Below, in pieces: positions 25,955 to 39,369 of a DNA stretch of 64,000 nucleotides. The notes beneath the pieces were generated by a model, which was given only the letters and a program-made list of their open reading frames with translations, was not told where the DNA came from and ran no database searches. Both the position numbers and the translations under genes were made by a program. The first letter of the stretch is position 1; each line of letters starts with the position of its first letter. This DNA comes from Camelus dromedarius (lineage: Eukaryota): NCBI RefSeq assembly GCF_036321535.1, contig NC_087447.1, forward strand, positions 35,342,001 to 35,406,000. The letters are read 5' to 3'.

Positions 25955-27618
25955 GTAAGTTTTACTACATAATAATTATGTTTTTAAAAAATAGATTCAT
26001 ATTTCATATCCCTAAGCAAATCCTAATACATAGGAAAGGTAGGGAAATAGTGTGAAATGTAGTATTTCCTTTCTCCTGATGAACACTCTTCAGGACTTCA
26101 TTGTGTGTTGATGGTGCCTAGGGCTTCCACACTATTTGTGGACAGGATTTGGGATTTAGGCCTGTTTTCTATATCGATAGCAAAGGGGCTTGAATGTATG
26201 CAGGTGTAAGCCACATAGGATGACAACCAGTGGGGCAGATCTTGGAGGTGGGGACACCTGACCAGAGTCTGAAACAGTTTAGGTTCAGGGAATCCAAGGC
26301 TCAGAGCTAGAGTCTGGAGAAACTAGACTTGTTGACCAGGGTCACCCTGAGAATTCGGACTTAGGTCAGGGGGTGGTACTTGCCAACAGATTAGAGGATA
26401 TAGGGTTACCTCCATGATTCAAAGGCTCTCATACTTCTGCTTAGAGGCTAGTTCTTTTTTACATGTAGAAAAGCTTTGGGTAGAGGGGTTTCTAGTGGTG
26501 GAAATCCTGGTTGTTACTTTAAGAGGTCTGAGAATACCCTGGAATTATATGCTAAATTTTATGAGTGTATTCGTTGTCTAGGCAGAGGGTTGTCACTGTT
26601 AATCAGAATCTCAAAGAAATTGGTACTCATGATAGGTTCAGAAGACTGTCCTAGGTGTTTATTATCAGCTAGGGCTTTAGGGTTTATCACAGGATTCAAG
26701 TACATGGGTCTCTAAAATAGAGGTAACTACCTCTTCTAGGTGTGGAATGGCTTTAGGATCCTAGTTTAAGAAATTAATCCTCAGAATTTACAATCATTCA
26801 TGAAGTAAATGACTTGGGATTATGTTTGGTCTCTAGTGATCCTTATCAAAAATCTGAGAATGACTAATATTGACAAGTTTTATAAATCTAATTGAATGCT
26901 TATCTTAAAATTAGTATAGAACAATTTCCATTGCTGAATTTGTTCAACTTCTTTGGAACAGTTGAGTATTACCCAGCCAAACTGGAAGATACACATATGC
27001 TATGACCCAGTGATGCCACTCATAGGTGTATGGAAAGAGAAACCGTGCGCACATACTTCAGGATATTCATACTAGAAGTATTATAGGAGCGTTGCTTGAA
27101 ATAGCCTCAAATTGCAGTGAACCTAAATGTTTGTCAGTATTAGGCTGGAAAAATAAGTTGTGTTATAGTCTCATACAATGAAATGTTCTGCAGCGGTGAG
27201 TCAAAGAGCAACAAGAACAGGATGGGTAGGTTCCAAAGACATGATGTTGCGTTAAAGAACTAAGACTCAAAAGAATACATGTAATATGATTTACTTCATG
27301 TAAAATTCAAAACCAAAATATATTAAATAATAAAACTATAGTGTAAAGCAAAGAAATGACTGCTGGATAAGTCAGGGTAGTAGTCATTTCTATGTGGGAA
27401 AGAGAACTGTGATTTGGAAGGGGCGCACAAAGGCTGCAGAGATGCAGCTCTGTTCTCTTTCTTGCTTTATAACTCACCAGGTATGGATTTGTATCTTACT
27501 GGCTTTTATGTGTACATGCTGTATTTCACAATTGTTTAAAAAGTTAAATGAAAACTCTGCTTTGATATTTGAAATGAGACAAGTGAGGCATATTGGGTTA
27601 ACTTTTTTGTTTTTGTAG

Positions 27619-27678
27619 CCAGGTATTACTGCACTGTTTGTATGATTCAGACCCTCCTACTCTGCTGGAAACAAGCAG
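27619..27678 (+). CDS. SAAL1: SAAL1 exon 5
   Basis: QVLLHCLYDSDPPTLLETS(R); ttgtag| ... |gtatgc; 60 nt. Confidence 0.93.
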
Positions 27679-27818
27679 GTATGCTTTCTTCTTTTCATGG
27701 ATTCTATATACTCACCCATAAGGGAATCTAGGAAAATAGAGTTAGAGTTAATCTTTTACTCTTGAATTTCCTATACTGTTTTTGACAGATAGATATTAAG
27801 CTTACATTTATCACGTAG

Positions 27819-27934
27819 GTTGTTGCTTACTTGCCTTTCCCAGACAGAGGTGGCCAGTGTCTGGGTTGAAAGAATCCGGGAACAACCAGCTATTTATGAT
27901 AGCATTTGCTTCATCATGTCAAGTTCAACAAATG
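27819..27934 (+). CDS. SAAL1: SAAL1 exon 6
   Basis: [38 protein letters not shown]; cgtag| ... |gtaagt; 116 nt. Confidence 0.93.
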
Positions 27935-28275
27935 GTAAGTGACCATGTAATCTAGAAAAAAAATTTTAAATTATATTTAATTGTTAGCGAACCAGGTAAC
28001 TATTTCTGGAGGTCACTTAAAGGCTAAGTGTAAGTTGAGAAAGTATTTCAATTCAAGTTATAAAGTATTTTCTTAAACTCCCAGGATACTGGTAAATTCC
28101 CCATTTAAAAATGAAGACAGACAAGCAAGTTGAAATAAAGGAGGTAAAACACATTGCCCTTGAAATCTTGTGTTTGGCAAGATTTGGCTTTCTTGGAGTG
28201 GCTTTAGGAATTTGATTAGCCTTACTACTTTTAAAATTTTGTTACTCATTTCAGTGTCTGTTTTATTCTCTGCAG

Positions 28276-28456
28276 TTGACCTACTGGTGAAGGTGGGGGA
28301 GGTTGTGGACAAGCTCTTTGATTTGGATGAAAAGCTAATGTTGGAATGGGTTAGAAATGGAGCTGTTCAGCCTCTGGATCAACCCCAGGAAGATTCTGAA
28401 GAGCAGCCGGTGTTTAGAATTGTGCCATGTGTACTTGAAGCTGCCAAACAAGTACG
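28276..28456 (+). CDS. SAAL1: SAAL1 exon 7
   Basis: (V)DLLVKVGEVVDKLFDLDEKLMLEWVRNGAVQPLDQPQEDSEEQPVFRIVPCVLEAAKQV(R); ctgcag| ... |gtaggt; 181 nt. Confidence 0.95.
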
Positions 28457-30371
28457 GTAGGTGAGCTCTTTTCTGCAAAATGTTCTGGGGAAATAGTTAC
28501 TAAAAATCCAGTTGCTTAAAGGTGTAGGTCGACAGGATGAATAGCACGTAGCCAGTCTTTGTCAGGTTTGAGTCACTATTGATATTTGTGGTGACAATGT
28601 ATTTGCATTTTGCAAGAATTCATAAAGGTTGCAAAGTACCTGTTCTAATACTATTTAGCTATAGACTATTATTTAGCATTAATTATGGTTACTGTCTTAA
28701 AATCTGCAATTTTGTATAATTTAAATCAAATAGAAAAGATTTTCTTTGTGCTTTATTTTCCACTGGACATTTGACAACTTCTTCGACTAATATCAGATAT
28801 TTGTTTTCTTGCTGCTTGTGTATATGCCAGTCTTGGATAAGTGACTGGCTTTTGGGCTCTGATGTCTTCCCAAGAGTAATTAATAGGTCTTGGAGGTCAC
28901 TGAAAGTGTTTATTGCTGGTCACCAGAAAATTAATTTATGAATTGATCTGCTTATTGGCCAGTTGTGCATTCTTAGTGCTTTATAACCTGCATTAAAGCA
29001 TTTTAATTTTATGTACTTTATCCAAGTGAAAATTAAAATCATCTTTCCCCAAAACCGTCTCCTTCAGCATCGTCAATCTGAGTAAATGATGTAATCATTA
29101 TTGCATTTGGATAATGTGTAAGGAATGTGGAAGCCATTACTGACTGTTTCCCATCCCACTATTTTCCAATGGCCAGTCAACCCCCAAGCCTTGTTCCTGA
29201 CTTTTACTGGGACCCTACCTGTGCCATCACCAGCCCTCTGTCTCTTACCTGAGTTCCCTGCCTCAAGGCTTGCTCCTTCCAATCCCAGACTGTAGAGCTG
29301 TCTTTCCAAAGCACACAGTGGTCACCTCACTTTCATGCTTCAGACTCTTCAATTGCCTTCCTTAGGATGACGTCCAGATTCTTTTTTCATTATGGCTTAT
29401 AAGGCCCTGCACAATGCTTCTCCATCCTTATTCCTTGTTCTGTTTGAACTATATAAAATTTCCTTTGTTTCTTCAACTGAACCAAGCTCTCTTGACTCCA
29501 AACCATTGCACACCTTTGAAAAAATGTCTCCTCTGCCTGAAACATTTCCTTGCCCCTTTGGGTTTCTATGTAAACATGATTTCTCTTAAGATGTCTTCCC
29601 TGACTCCAAACAAAGTTATGTCTGCTTGCTGTGTGGTCCTCTAGCACCTTGGACTTCTGGCATTATGTTCATGTCACTTTATTGTTATTACCCTTTAATT
29701 ATGGTTTTTCCTTTCAGACTCTAAATTTCATGAAGGTAGGAACAATGTTTTATACATCTCTGTTTTCCCAGCCCCTAATATGTGCCTGAAAACAGTAGAC
29801 ACTTAAATATTTGCTGAACCATCTTTTAATTGTTCACTATCTTTTCACTTAATTGTGTGGTTGAAGAACTAAGATTGTAAATTTCTAGGAATCCAAACTG
29901 TTGATCACAAAATTATACCAATATGGTTTTAATAATCTCAGCCAAGGAGCTAAGATGATCCTGTGAAGTTTGAAGAATATCATTGTGTTCAGTGCTTGGT
30001 GCAGTGGGCCTTTTATTCATTCTATAAAAGTCTCAGTCATTTTTTGTCCTGATTATTCATGTAAACCATAATGATGAAGTATCACCTAGTAGGTTTTTGC
30101 ATTTTGCTTTCATGGGACAGGGCCCAACAGAATTTTTACTTCTTGTCCTGTGTTTGTTGATTGTATTACATAATATTTGTTGGTTTTTTGGCTGATTGCC
30201 CCATTAGACTGTAAGTTCTGGTGAGCACAGAGACTTGGTCCTGTTCCCTGTTTTATCCTTAGCATGTAGGACAGTGACTAGTACAAAGTGATTAATATTT
30301 GTTGAATAAATGAGTGATTGTGATCCCATAGTCAGTAAAGTTGATTCAATGCTTTTGTTTTTTGTATTTAG

Positions 30372-30454
30372 TTCTGAAAATCCAGAAGGGCTTGATGTTT
30401 ACATGCACATCTTACAGCTGCTTACCACAGTGGATGATGGAATTCAAGCAATTG
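30372..30454 (+). CDS. SAAL1: SAAL1 exon 8
   Basis: [27 protein letters not shown]; tttag| ... |gtaaga; 83 nt. Confidence 0.93.
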
Positions 30455-30542
30455 GTAAGATGTTATATGGGGAAACATGACAGTTACTCACTTGTTTGTT
30501 TTCTGTTTTTAAATGATTACCTTCTTCATCATCTTTATTAAG

Positions 30543-30731
30543 TACAGTGTCCTGATACTGGAAAAGACACTTGGAATTTACTTTTTGACCTGGTCTGCCA
30601 TGAATTCTGCCAGTCTGATGATCCACCCATCATACTCCAAGAACAGAAAACAGTGCTAGCCTCTGTTTTTTCAGTGTTGTCTGCCATCTATGCTTCACAG
30701 TCTGAACAGGAGTATCTAAAGATAGGAAAAG
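30543..30731 (+). CDS. SAAL1: SAAL1 exon 9
   Basis: (V)[62 protein letters not shown]; ttaag| ... |gcaagt (GC donor); 189 nt. Confidence 0.92.
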
Positions 30732-31039
30732 GCAAGTATGATTTTAGTTTGCTCAATTAAATTCTAGTCTATCAGATGTGTTTGTTGTGCATTTTATTCT
30801 TTCTCCCATTTTCTTTAGTGCTTTTATTCCCTTGATTATAAAAATACTATATGCACAATGCAAAAGAATTTGTAAAATTTATAAAAGGAAACCTAGTGCT
30901 TGTAATCTAGTCATTCGGAAATAACTACTATAGATAACTACTACACACTCACATCTATATATGGTTTTTTGCCTGCTTTTTAGGCAACTTTTTTCATTTA
31001 GAAATTTAAATGAATATTTTCCTATGTAAACAAATAGTC

Positions 31040-32020
31040 TTTCACAGAATGATTTTTATGATTAGTACAATTAAGTCCATGATCCATCTAGAATTTATTC
31101 TGGTGTTACATGTGAGATATGGTTTCAGATTTTTTCCAGATAGCTACCCAGTTGTCTCAACATTATCTAATGAATAAACCAGTTTACCCACACTGATTTG
31201 AAGTGTCATCATTACCATCTTTTCTATTTCTCTCTGTATTTTATTCAGTTCTGTTGCTCTATTCATGTATCAGTAGCCATTGTGTTTTAATTATTAAAGT
31301 TTTATGTTTTGATACCTAGAGGGCTAGTCCCCCCTTCATTCTACTTTTTCAGAATGTTTCTATTATTCCTGTTTAATACTGAATTAGATTGACAAGTTCC
31401 AAATAAAAACCATTTTTTTGTTGAGATCATGTTAAATTTGTAGAGTATCCAAGAACATGCCTTTTCACTTGCTTAAGTCTTATTTTGTGTCTGTCAGTAA
31501 TGTTTTACAATTTTTTTATGCACATCTTACGTATTTCTTATCAGGTTTTTTCCTGGATATTTTATCTTTTGGATTGCTTTGTCTATGATGTCTTTCCTTC
31601 TGTTGATTATTGTTGGAATATATGAAGATTATTGATTTCTGTATGTTAATTTTGTATCCAGTAACCTTACTGAATTCTCTTACTCTTTTTAAGAATTGTT
31701 CCAGTGGTAATCTTGGGCTTTAACTGATACTACTTTGGGTTTAAGTTACATATGTTTCATCACTTTTCTACCTCTGATTTAATGAGTTGCCTTGTATCTC
31801 TGAGATTAGGCAATAATGGTGATAGAAAACATCCTTGCCTTTTTCCTGACTTTATTGGGCATGATTGTAGAGGTTCACCATTAATCATGATACTGTTTTG
31901 GGCTTGAGCTGTTCACGTTGTACCGTTTAAGGAGATACTAATCTATTTCTATTTTATTCAAGTTTTTAATCAAAAATAAATGCTGACTATTGTCAAGTGC
32001 CTTTTCTGCATTTATGGATA
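31040..32020 (-). mobile_element. Old LINE-1 ORF2 fragment
   Basis: Antisense L1 tracts (gtccatgatccatctagaatttatt, ttgatttctgtatgttaattttgtatccag); approximate. Confidence 0.65.
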
Positions 32021-35000
32021 AGTTACCTCATTGAGGTGACATTGAGTACAGACCTGAGGGAAATAATGGAGTGAGTCATGTGAATACTTGGGGAGAAAAG
32101 CATTCCATATAGAGGTGACGTAGAAGTATGCCTGATATGTTTGAGGAAGATCATTGAGGCCCTGGATTGCTAAGGTGGTGCCAACATGGGAAAGAGAAAT
32201 AGCATCTGGGGTCAGAGAGGTAACTGGGACTAGAGTGTGGAGGGCCTGAATCTGCCTTCTACTCTGAATGAATTAGGAAGCTGTGGAGGATTTTAAGCAT
32301 AGGATGGAAAGACATGAGCTGACTTTAATAAGCTCTCTTTCTGGCAGTTGTGTTGATAAGAAATGTAGTGGGGCAAGGGTACAAAAAGGAGACTGGTTAG
32401 GAGGCTGCTGTGAACTTGAGACAAGAGATGGTATAACTTGGATTAAGGTGGTAACAGGGGAGTTGTGGGGGGAAAATAGTCATTTTTAGGTAGTACCAAT
32501 AGGATTTGCTGACTGATAGGTTGGGGAGGGTAGAAGAGAAAAGTCAAGATATGTCTGTCATTTTTGTCTAAAGGGTTGCCATTTCTTGAGATAGGAAAGA
32601 CTGGTTTTAAACATGTTGAGTTTGAGATATCTACGCAGTGTCCAAGTGGGGCTGTCTATGGGTCTAGACCTGAGAGGAGAGGCCTGAACTGGAATAATGT
32701 TGTAGTTGTCACTCGATACCCGATTAGATCTTCTATAACCTTAGTTATTTCTTTTGATTTGATTTGAGAAGATTAGTATCTTTTACTACCAATATGTTTG
32801 TCCTTCTCTTTTCATCATTTGTAGTTTGCTTAATGAATGTTGATGTCATGTTATTTGGTATGTAGACATTTCATTGAAAATTACCCATCTTTGTTTCCCA
32901 TAGTCGTTTTTTTTTGGCTTACAGCCTTCTATGTCAGATACAAAGATCACATTCCTCGTTTTCCTTTTATTTGCATTTGCCACTAATACCTTTGTCCATC
33001 TTACTCTTTTCAACTGTTCTAAATACTTTTAGGTGTGCTGATTTCTTTTTAATAAGTTAAATTCACTTAAATGTACTGATATAGTAGTTATGTTTGAACT
33101 GAATGCTGTCATATTTTCCATGCAGTATATGATTTATTTGCCTTGTTTTTGTGTGTATTTCTAACATTTAGGAAGATTTGCATTTTTGGTCTAGTGGTTA
33201 CCTTTATAATTTTAACTGTCTCAGAATATAATTATAATTGCCTCCCCTCTCATTTATCAAAATCCTTAAAAATCTAATAACTTAAAAAATATATTTCAAT
33301 GTTGACTATTCCTTATCAATTTTTTTCTGGTACTTCCAAACTTCAAATTTAAGTCTTGAGGAGTAGGGGTATTTCTGAACTATTTTTTCAGATATCTGCT
33401 CTGTTTCAGCATTTTGGGTTTCTTCTTCAAGGGTTATAACTTTCTTTATGTGAATCTCCTTTCCTGCATACCATAACTTTTTTTTTTTCAATTTAAAATA
33501 AGAACTTTATTTTCATTCCTTTTGTTTTGCTTTTTTCTTCCCAAACTCCACATGCCTTACTGTGTTTTCAGCAGTGTCTCTTCTCCTGTTTTGCCTTCAT
33601 TTCTGTGGTGGCTTTAATTTTTTTTTAACTCCTTCCTTGAGCTCTGCCAGCTCAGGTTTCCTATCGTATTGCCTTTCATTTCTTAGTCTGAGCTCTTGTA
33701 TTTCTGCTTTGTGCTTGATTACATGTTGTTTTAAAACTCATGGCTAAATGTTACCTTAATATTCATAAGCTTAATATCAGCATTTTTAGGTGAGTATTCT
33801 TCCTCTGCTGTTTGTTTTTCCTGTTCCTTTCTTCTTTTGGTATCTTCATGTTGCTGCTGTGCTGGTTAAGCTTACTCATCTTTGAATGAATTGAGTTTTT
33901 CCTGGATCTGTTTGCAGGAAGTTCATGTAGGAGAGGGTTGTCGGAGTTCTAGGCTAGCAGGAGTTGGGTTTATGAGTCTCCTAGCTTTTCTTCCCAGGCG
34001 AGAGGTGGCTGTGGTAAAGTCTTGCCTTTCCACTTGCCATTTGCTTCCTGTATGTGTGACTTGTCTATGGGATCCCTTATTTACCTGTCTTCCTCTGCTT
34101 CCTAGAACCCCTGGGAAGCACCAGCTGCCGTCTTGCTCACTCCATGCACTCCATTCCTGCTGTTGCGAGCAAGGGATTCTGGATTTGCAGCTCAGAATAT
34201 GTGCTTTACCTTAGAGAAATGGACTTTTCTGGCCTTTTGTGAGATCTGCAGTGTGGCATTCTCTCATCACTTCTTCCCACGGCCCCTGCTTGATTTATAC
34301 TGCTTTTAACACTTTTCCCACCTACCTTATGTTTGAGATTTCAGCTGTCTCCTAGTTTTATCATAGTTGGGATCAGTTTTTTGTTGCTCACTCTCTTTAT
34401 TTCTTTGTGGTAAATTCTGAAAGAAGAGGGGGGAAATTCTGACCTTGAGCCCTGGTGCTCGTCCTAATCTCCTTGTATAGATGCATTTTCTGTTGAAAGT
34501 TATACAGTTTCTGTTGAAAATTACACACATCTCTCTAGGTGTTGTGGGACTGGGTGCTCTTTATCTTTCTCCCAGTCCCCGAGCTGTATGGTTTTTATGA
34601 TTGGGTGAGAAAGTATAAAGATGCTCATTTAACTCTTAGCCATTGATTAACCCCCACACTAGCATCCTGCCCTTAGCGTTGGATAGGGTTTTGCAGATTT
34701 AGGGCTGGGAGTGAGAAAGGGAGAAGAGAGGCTTCTCTTCTTCTCAATATAGATTGATGTGACCTATAGGGAAATCTTGGAGTGAAGAATTGGGTGTTAA
34801 AGTCAAGAGTTGGTGCTAACAGAAGTAAAGATGTGGGAGTAAATCCAAGTGGAATATAATAAAGCAGCCAGGCAAGGGAGGTGCTCTGAAGAGGTGACAT
34901 TGAGTTGAGAAATAAAAGATAAGATCCTGGTTGCTAATTTTTTTTAAATGGCATTTCCATGTACTATAAGTGACCTAAGTTTGGAAGTAAAGTTAGATTA

Positions 35001-35929
35001 AAAAAAAATCAATATACTAGATTCAGTGTTAACAGCAAACTTTTCCCCTAGATTTGAAATTATCAGGTAGAAGGGGTAGAATTAGAATCAGTGACTGGAT
35101 CAGGGAGAGATACCTTTTAGCATGTTCATGTTACATATTTTGAGTCTGAGCTTTAGTTTTCTGTTCAGTTTTTATTATAGGCTAATTAAAATGATTATTC
35201 TATCTTTTAACACATTGATCTCCCACTGTGAATTAGGTGCTCCTGGGGAAACACAACTGTCACGCAGATTTGGGTGACGTGATAAATGTGTTAAGGAATC
35301 ATACTATTTCTTAACTTAATAGAACATAAAATTTTAAAGATTTGTTTAAGATTTTTATAATAGTTAAAGTTTAAAATGAAAATTATTTTCTCACTATGGC
35401 CTCAGGACTCTCATGTTAAGACTCTTGCCCAGCTCTCGTCAACTCATCCTGTGCCCTCCTCTCCCTCCCGTTGCTCACTCAGTCTGAGTCATACTGGCCT
35501 TCTTTTTATTCTTCAGACCTTCTACAACATTTCCTGTTTGAGCCTTTTGCACTTTGTTCCCTCTGCTTGAAATATTTTCCTGGGCTCTTTGCATCAATGC
35601 TTCTTATCCTTTAGTTCTCAACTCACTATTACCTCTTGAGAGAGTCTCCCCTGCCCATTGCTTTATTCTATTCTCCTTTAATTTCCATCATACACCTTAT
35701 CAAAATCTGAAATGATCTGTTTTATTCATTTACTTAATTGAGAGTATAAAAATGTAAGCCTCATGAAGGCTGAGGCCTTGATCTGGTTTCCTACTATTTC
35801 TACAGTACCTAAAATACAATGTCTAGCAATAGCAGGTATTTAGTACCTGTGCAGGAATAAAGGAATGAATGAATGATTGGTGACCAAATTTAACTGGCTA
35901 ATTCCATGCCTCTTATTTTATCTGTTCAG

Positions 35930-36126
35930 TAGATCTTCCTCTAATTGACAGCCTGATTCGTGTCTTACAAAATTTGGAACATTGTCAGAAGAAACCAGAG
36001 AACTCAGCAGAGTCTAACACAGAAGAAACTAAAAAGTCTGATTTAACCCAAGATGATTTCCACCTGAAAATCTTGAAGGATATTTCATGTGAATTTCTTT
36101 CTAATATTTTCCAAGTATTAACAAAG
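35930..36126 (+). CDS. SAAL1: SAAL1 exon 10
   Basis: (V)[65 protein letters not shown]; tandem acceptor cag|TAG; donor |gtagga; 197 nt. Confidence 0.94.
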
Positions 36127-37730
36127 GTAGGAAAGAAGTAGTAATGCTTTTCTTCAGTAAGAAAGTATGAATTACTTAATGCTCCAAATTTTATTATTAG
36201 TTTTTTTTTTTTTAAATATTACACAAATTTGGGAAAATAGAGAAAGGAAAAACTTATCACATAAGTTTATACTCTTAAACTAATAGTTGATGTAGTTTGG
36301 TGTATTTATGTCTTTTTCACATGCTTATAACCAATATATACAATTTTTTAGAGGCTATTCTTTTTACTTAACATATTATAAGCACTTTTCCTGATCTAGG
36401 CCAATTCACTGGAAAACTTTTCACTGAGAGCCAGTTTAATACCCAGTTTGCCAAAAAATCAATTTTTAAAATTTACTGTAACCTTGTTTTAAGGAGTACT
36501 CTTCCTGCATATGTTCAGGATTATTAACATAGTCTTTCTATCTATATATTTTAGGATAAATAAATTTATTAATGTAACTGTGAAGAATATATATTCATAT
36601 TCATGGACTTTTTAAAGAAGAATATTCCTTAAAACAAATTTCAGTTAGTCTGGTGACTTGTTTTTTGGTGAACTATCCTGCTTTCCCTTGGAATTATTAC
36701 CTTAGCCGAGTTTTTCAGATGTTAATTGCTGAGTTCTATGTGATAAATGTGAAGATGACAGGCATAAATGGCTACATATTGCCAAAGTGCTTTTGACATA
36801 TGACAATGTTGGTTTTCCTTGATCCGTATTACTGTGTATTATAATTTTTATGTCAAGTAAAGTTCAACAGGTGTTAAATTGTACCTTATATTGACTTGCA
36901 TTTTTATTATTAGTGAGATTGACTATCTTTCCATGTATTTTTATATTATTTGTGTTTTCTACTTTATAAATCTGTCCATTTTAATTATTTGTATGAACTC
37001 CTTGGGTAATTCTATATCTTTTGTGTATTCATTCCAAGTATTTTTTCCCACTGTTTGTTGTTACTTTTGTTTTTTTTTAGAGGGAGGGACATAGATGTTT
37101 TTTAATTTTAATGTGACAGGAATATAGGAAGAAAGTGGGTAGAGAATAAACCAGGGATATGTCGTGAAAATTCTAATATGCCATGCTTAATGGAATTTGG
37201 ACTTAGTGTCAAGAAAACTGAGAAGCTACTAGAGATTTTTTTTGAAGTATCTAGTGATGCAATCTCTTTAGAAAGATTACTCCAAAAGCAGTAGAGAAGA
37301 TTAGAGAGAGCTGAAGCTGGAGGCCAGAAGACCATCCAGCAGGCTCTCCTGGCTGGTAATCTTCAAGAATAATCTGAAAAATAATGAGAGCTTAAACTGT
37401 AGAAGTGTGGATGGAGAGGAGGGGTGGGATGAGAGAGATTTAGGAGAGTAGAATTAAACACTTGGTGGGGGCGTTAGTAGCAGAGGAGGAAGAAAAGTCT
37501 TGGCTGTACCCCACATTTTTGATTTGTACAGTAGGCTAGGTGGGTGCTGGTGCCTTCACTAAAATAGGGACTGCAGTGGAGCACAAGGAGGAATGATGGT
37601 AGGGGCAGTTTGGGACATTTGAAGTGCCTGTAGGATTGGTAGAAATCGTATGTACTGATTTATATTTGTTCACCAGATACAGCTTTAGAACATTTCCTAT
37701 TTTAACATCAGATCTGTTTGTTTGTTTTAG

Positions 37731-37823
37731 GAGACTGTAGCTCAGGGACTAAAGGAGGGACAGTTAAGCAAACAGAAGTGTTCGTGTGCATTTGCAAACC
37801 TTCTTCCTTTTTATAGCCCTGTG
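37731..37823 (+). CDS. SAAL1: SAAL1 exon 11
   Basis: ETVAQGLKEGQLSKQKCSCAFANLLPFYSPV; ttttag| ... |gtgagt; 93 nt. Confidence 0.94.
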
Positions 37824-38506
37824 GTGAGTATGAGTAAATGTAGAGGTGGCTGAGTTGCAGAAGATTAAGTGTTTTAAGTAAGCAGTTGATCTCTGAGGCT
37901 TTTGTCAAAAAAGATAGTGCATGTAATTCACAAGACTTAATGCCTTTGTCGGATAGATGACTAATGGGTAATTCATGAAACTAGCCTAAGTAACAGTTCA
38001 AATTTTAAGAGAAAGGAATCAACATTGAATTTAGTAACCTTTTCTATTATGAAATAGACAGCATATGTATTAATGAAAAATAAGATTCTTAGATAGGTAC
38101 AGTTAATAGATTTTTATGGTTCTTCAAATCACATCACATTCGCTACCATTAGAGGCAATTTCAAAATAACTTTTTTTAGGAAAATGAAGTATGAAGTGTG
38201 GGAATGAGGGGATGTGTCAGCAAGGAGGATGATGATAAAACCCTGGCAGTAGACCCTAAAGGGAAATCAGTAGGAGGATAAATACTAGTTTGAAAGTAAA
38301 CAAAATGGTAAAGACTAGTCACTTCCTTGATGTTTCAGAGGACTATCCAGGAAGTGCTCTTACTGACATCTGAGGATCTGTCAGCATTTCATTTCCATTG
38401 GACTATTTAGAAAACATAGGTAGAGCATTTTTATAGTCAACAATCAGTATCTTAAAACGTCTTTTCCTTTACTTATGTTTATTTGGTTCTTTTGTTTGAC
38501 TCGCAG

Positions 38507-38599
38507 GTGGCAGACTTTCTCAAAATCCTACAAGAAGTTGATGAGGCCCTTGCTGGTAACCTGGAGGAAAGCTTCCCAAGTTTGAAGGTTCAGACTTAA
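38507..38599 (+). CDS. SAAL1: SAAL1 exon 12 to stop
   Basis: VADFLKILQEVDEALAGNLEESFPSLKVQT*; cgcag| acceptor; the 12 exons sum to 1422 nt = 473 aa plus stop with no frame break. Confidence 0.94.
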   Translation: MADFLKILQEVDEALAGNLEESFPSLKVQT

Positions 38600-38626
38600 A
38601 AACTATTGGAATTCCTCTGCCCAAGA

Positions 38627-38632
38627 AATAAA
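38627..38632 (+). terminator. SAAL1: SAAL1 polyadenylation signal
   Basis: AATAAA about 28 nt after the stop codon. Confidence 0.7.
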
Positions 38633-39369
38633 CTTTATTTTCCTCATTGACAGTTAAAATTGACAAATGGGAAATATTAGACCATAATTTTTTTGTGTTG
38701 TTCTCATATCCTTCTCTTCCAGCCTTATCCCATTTTTGTTTGGCATTGGAATCAAATTTCACTACCATCAAACACCATCCCACCCCTTTCCCCTCCTTTT
38801 TAAAAATTGGTTATGCAGTATTTGTCTTCTTCAGGTAAAGAAAACAAAATACAAGCTTATCATTGAGGTTCTTTTTACAATATTTGAGGGGTCGGTAAGG
38901 ACTTTCTTTATAACTCTCAATTTGATTTTTATGTGAGAATTTTGTACTCATATCCAGTACAAATGCATTCAGCTGCACTAATAGAAATCCCTACTATAAT
39001 AGCTTAATCTGATAACTTTTATGTATTTCATGCAATAAGAAGGTGGGCAATCCAGCCCTGATAATGTGGCTCAGGGACCTTAACTCCTTTTAACAATCAA
39101 AAGTAGTTACTAGTTTAGCTTTGTTGTAGTTCAGGGTTTTTTCCCAGTGTTTTACATATGAAGATAAAAGTGCTAACATTCTGATGAGAGCGTATTAGCA
39201 AAATTCTGTCTTCAGAGAAGATAGAATTCCAGTGGTTTGATTTCAGAAAATGGTTTGTTGAGTAAATTCATATTTTTAAAATTAAGATTTGAGGGAGTTT
39301 CGTGACTTCTGATTGTTTATAACCTGTGCTATACGTGATATCCCTCTTACACTTTATCATTCTTTATAG

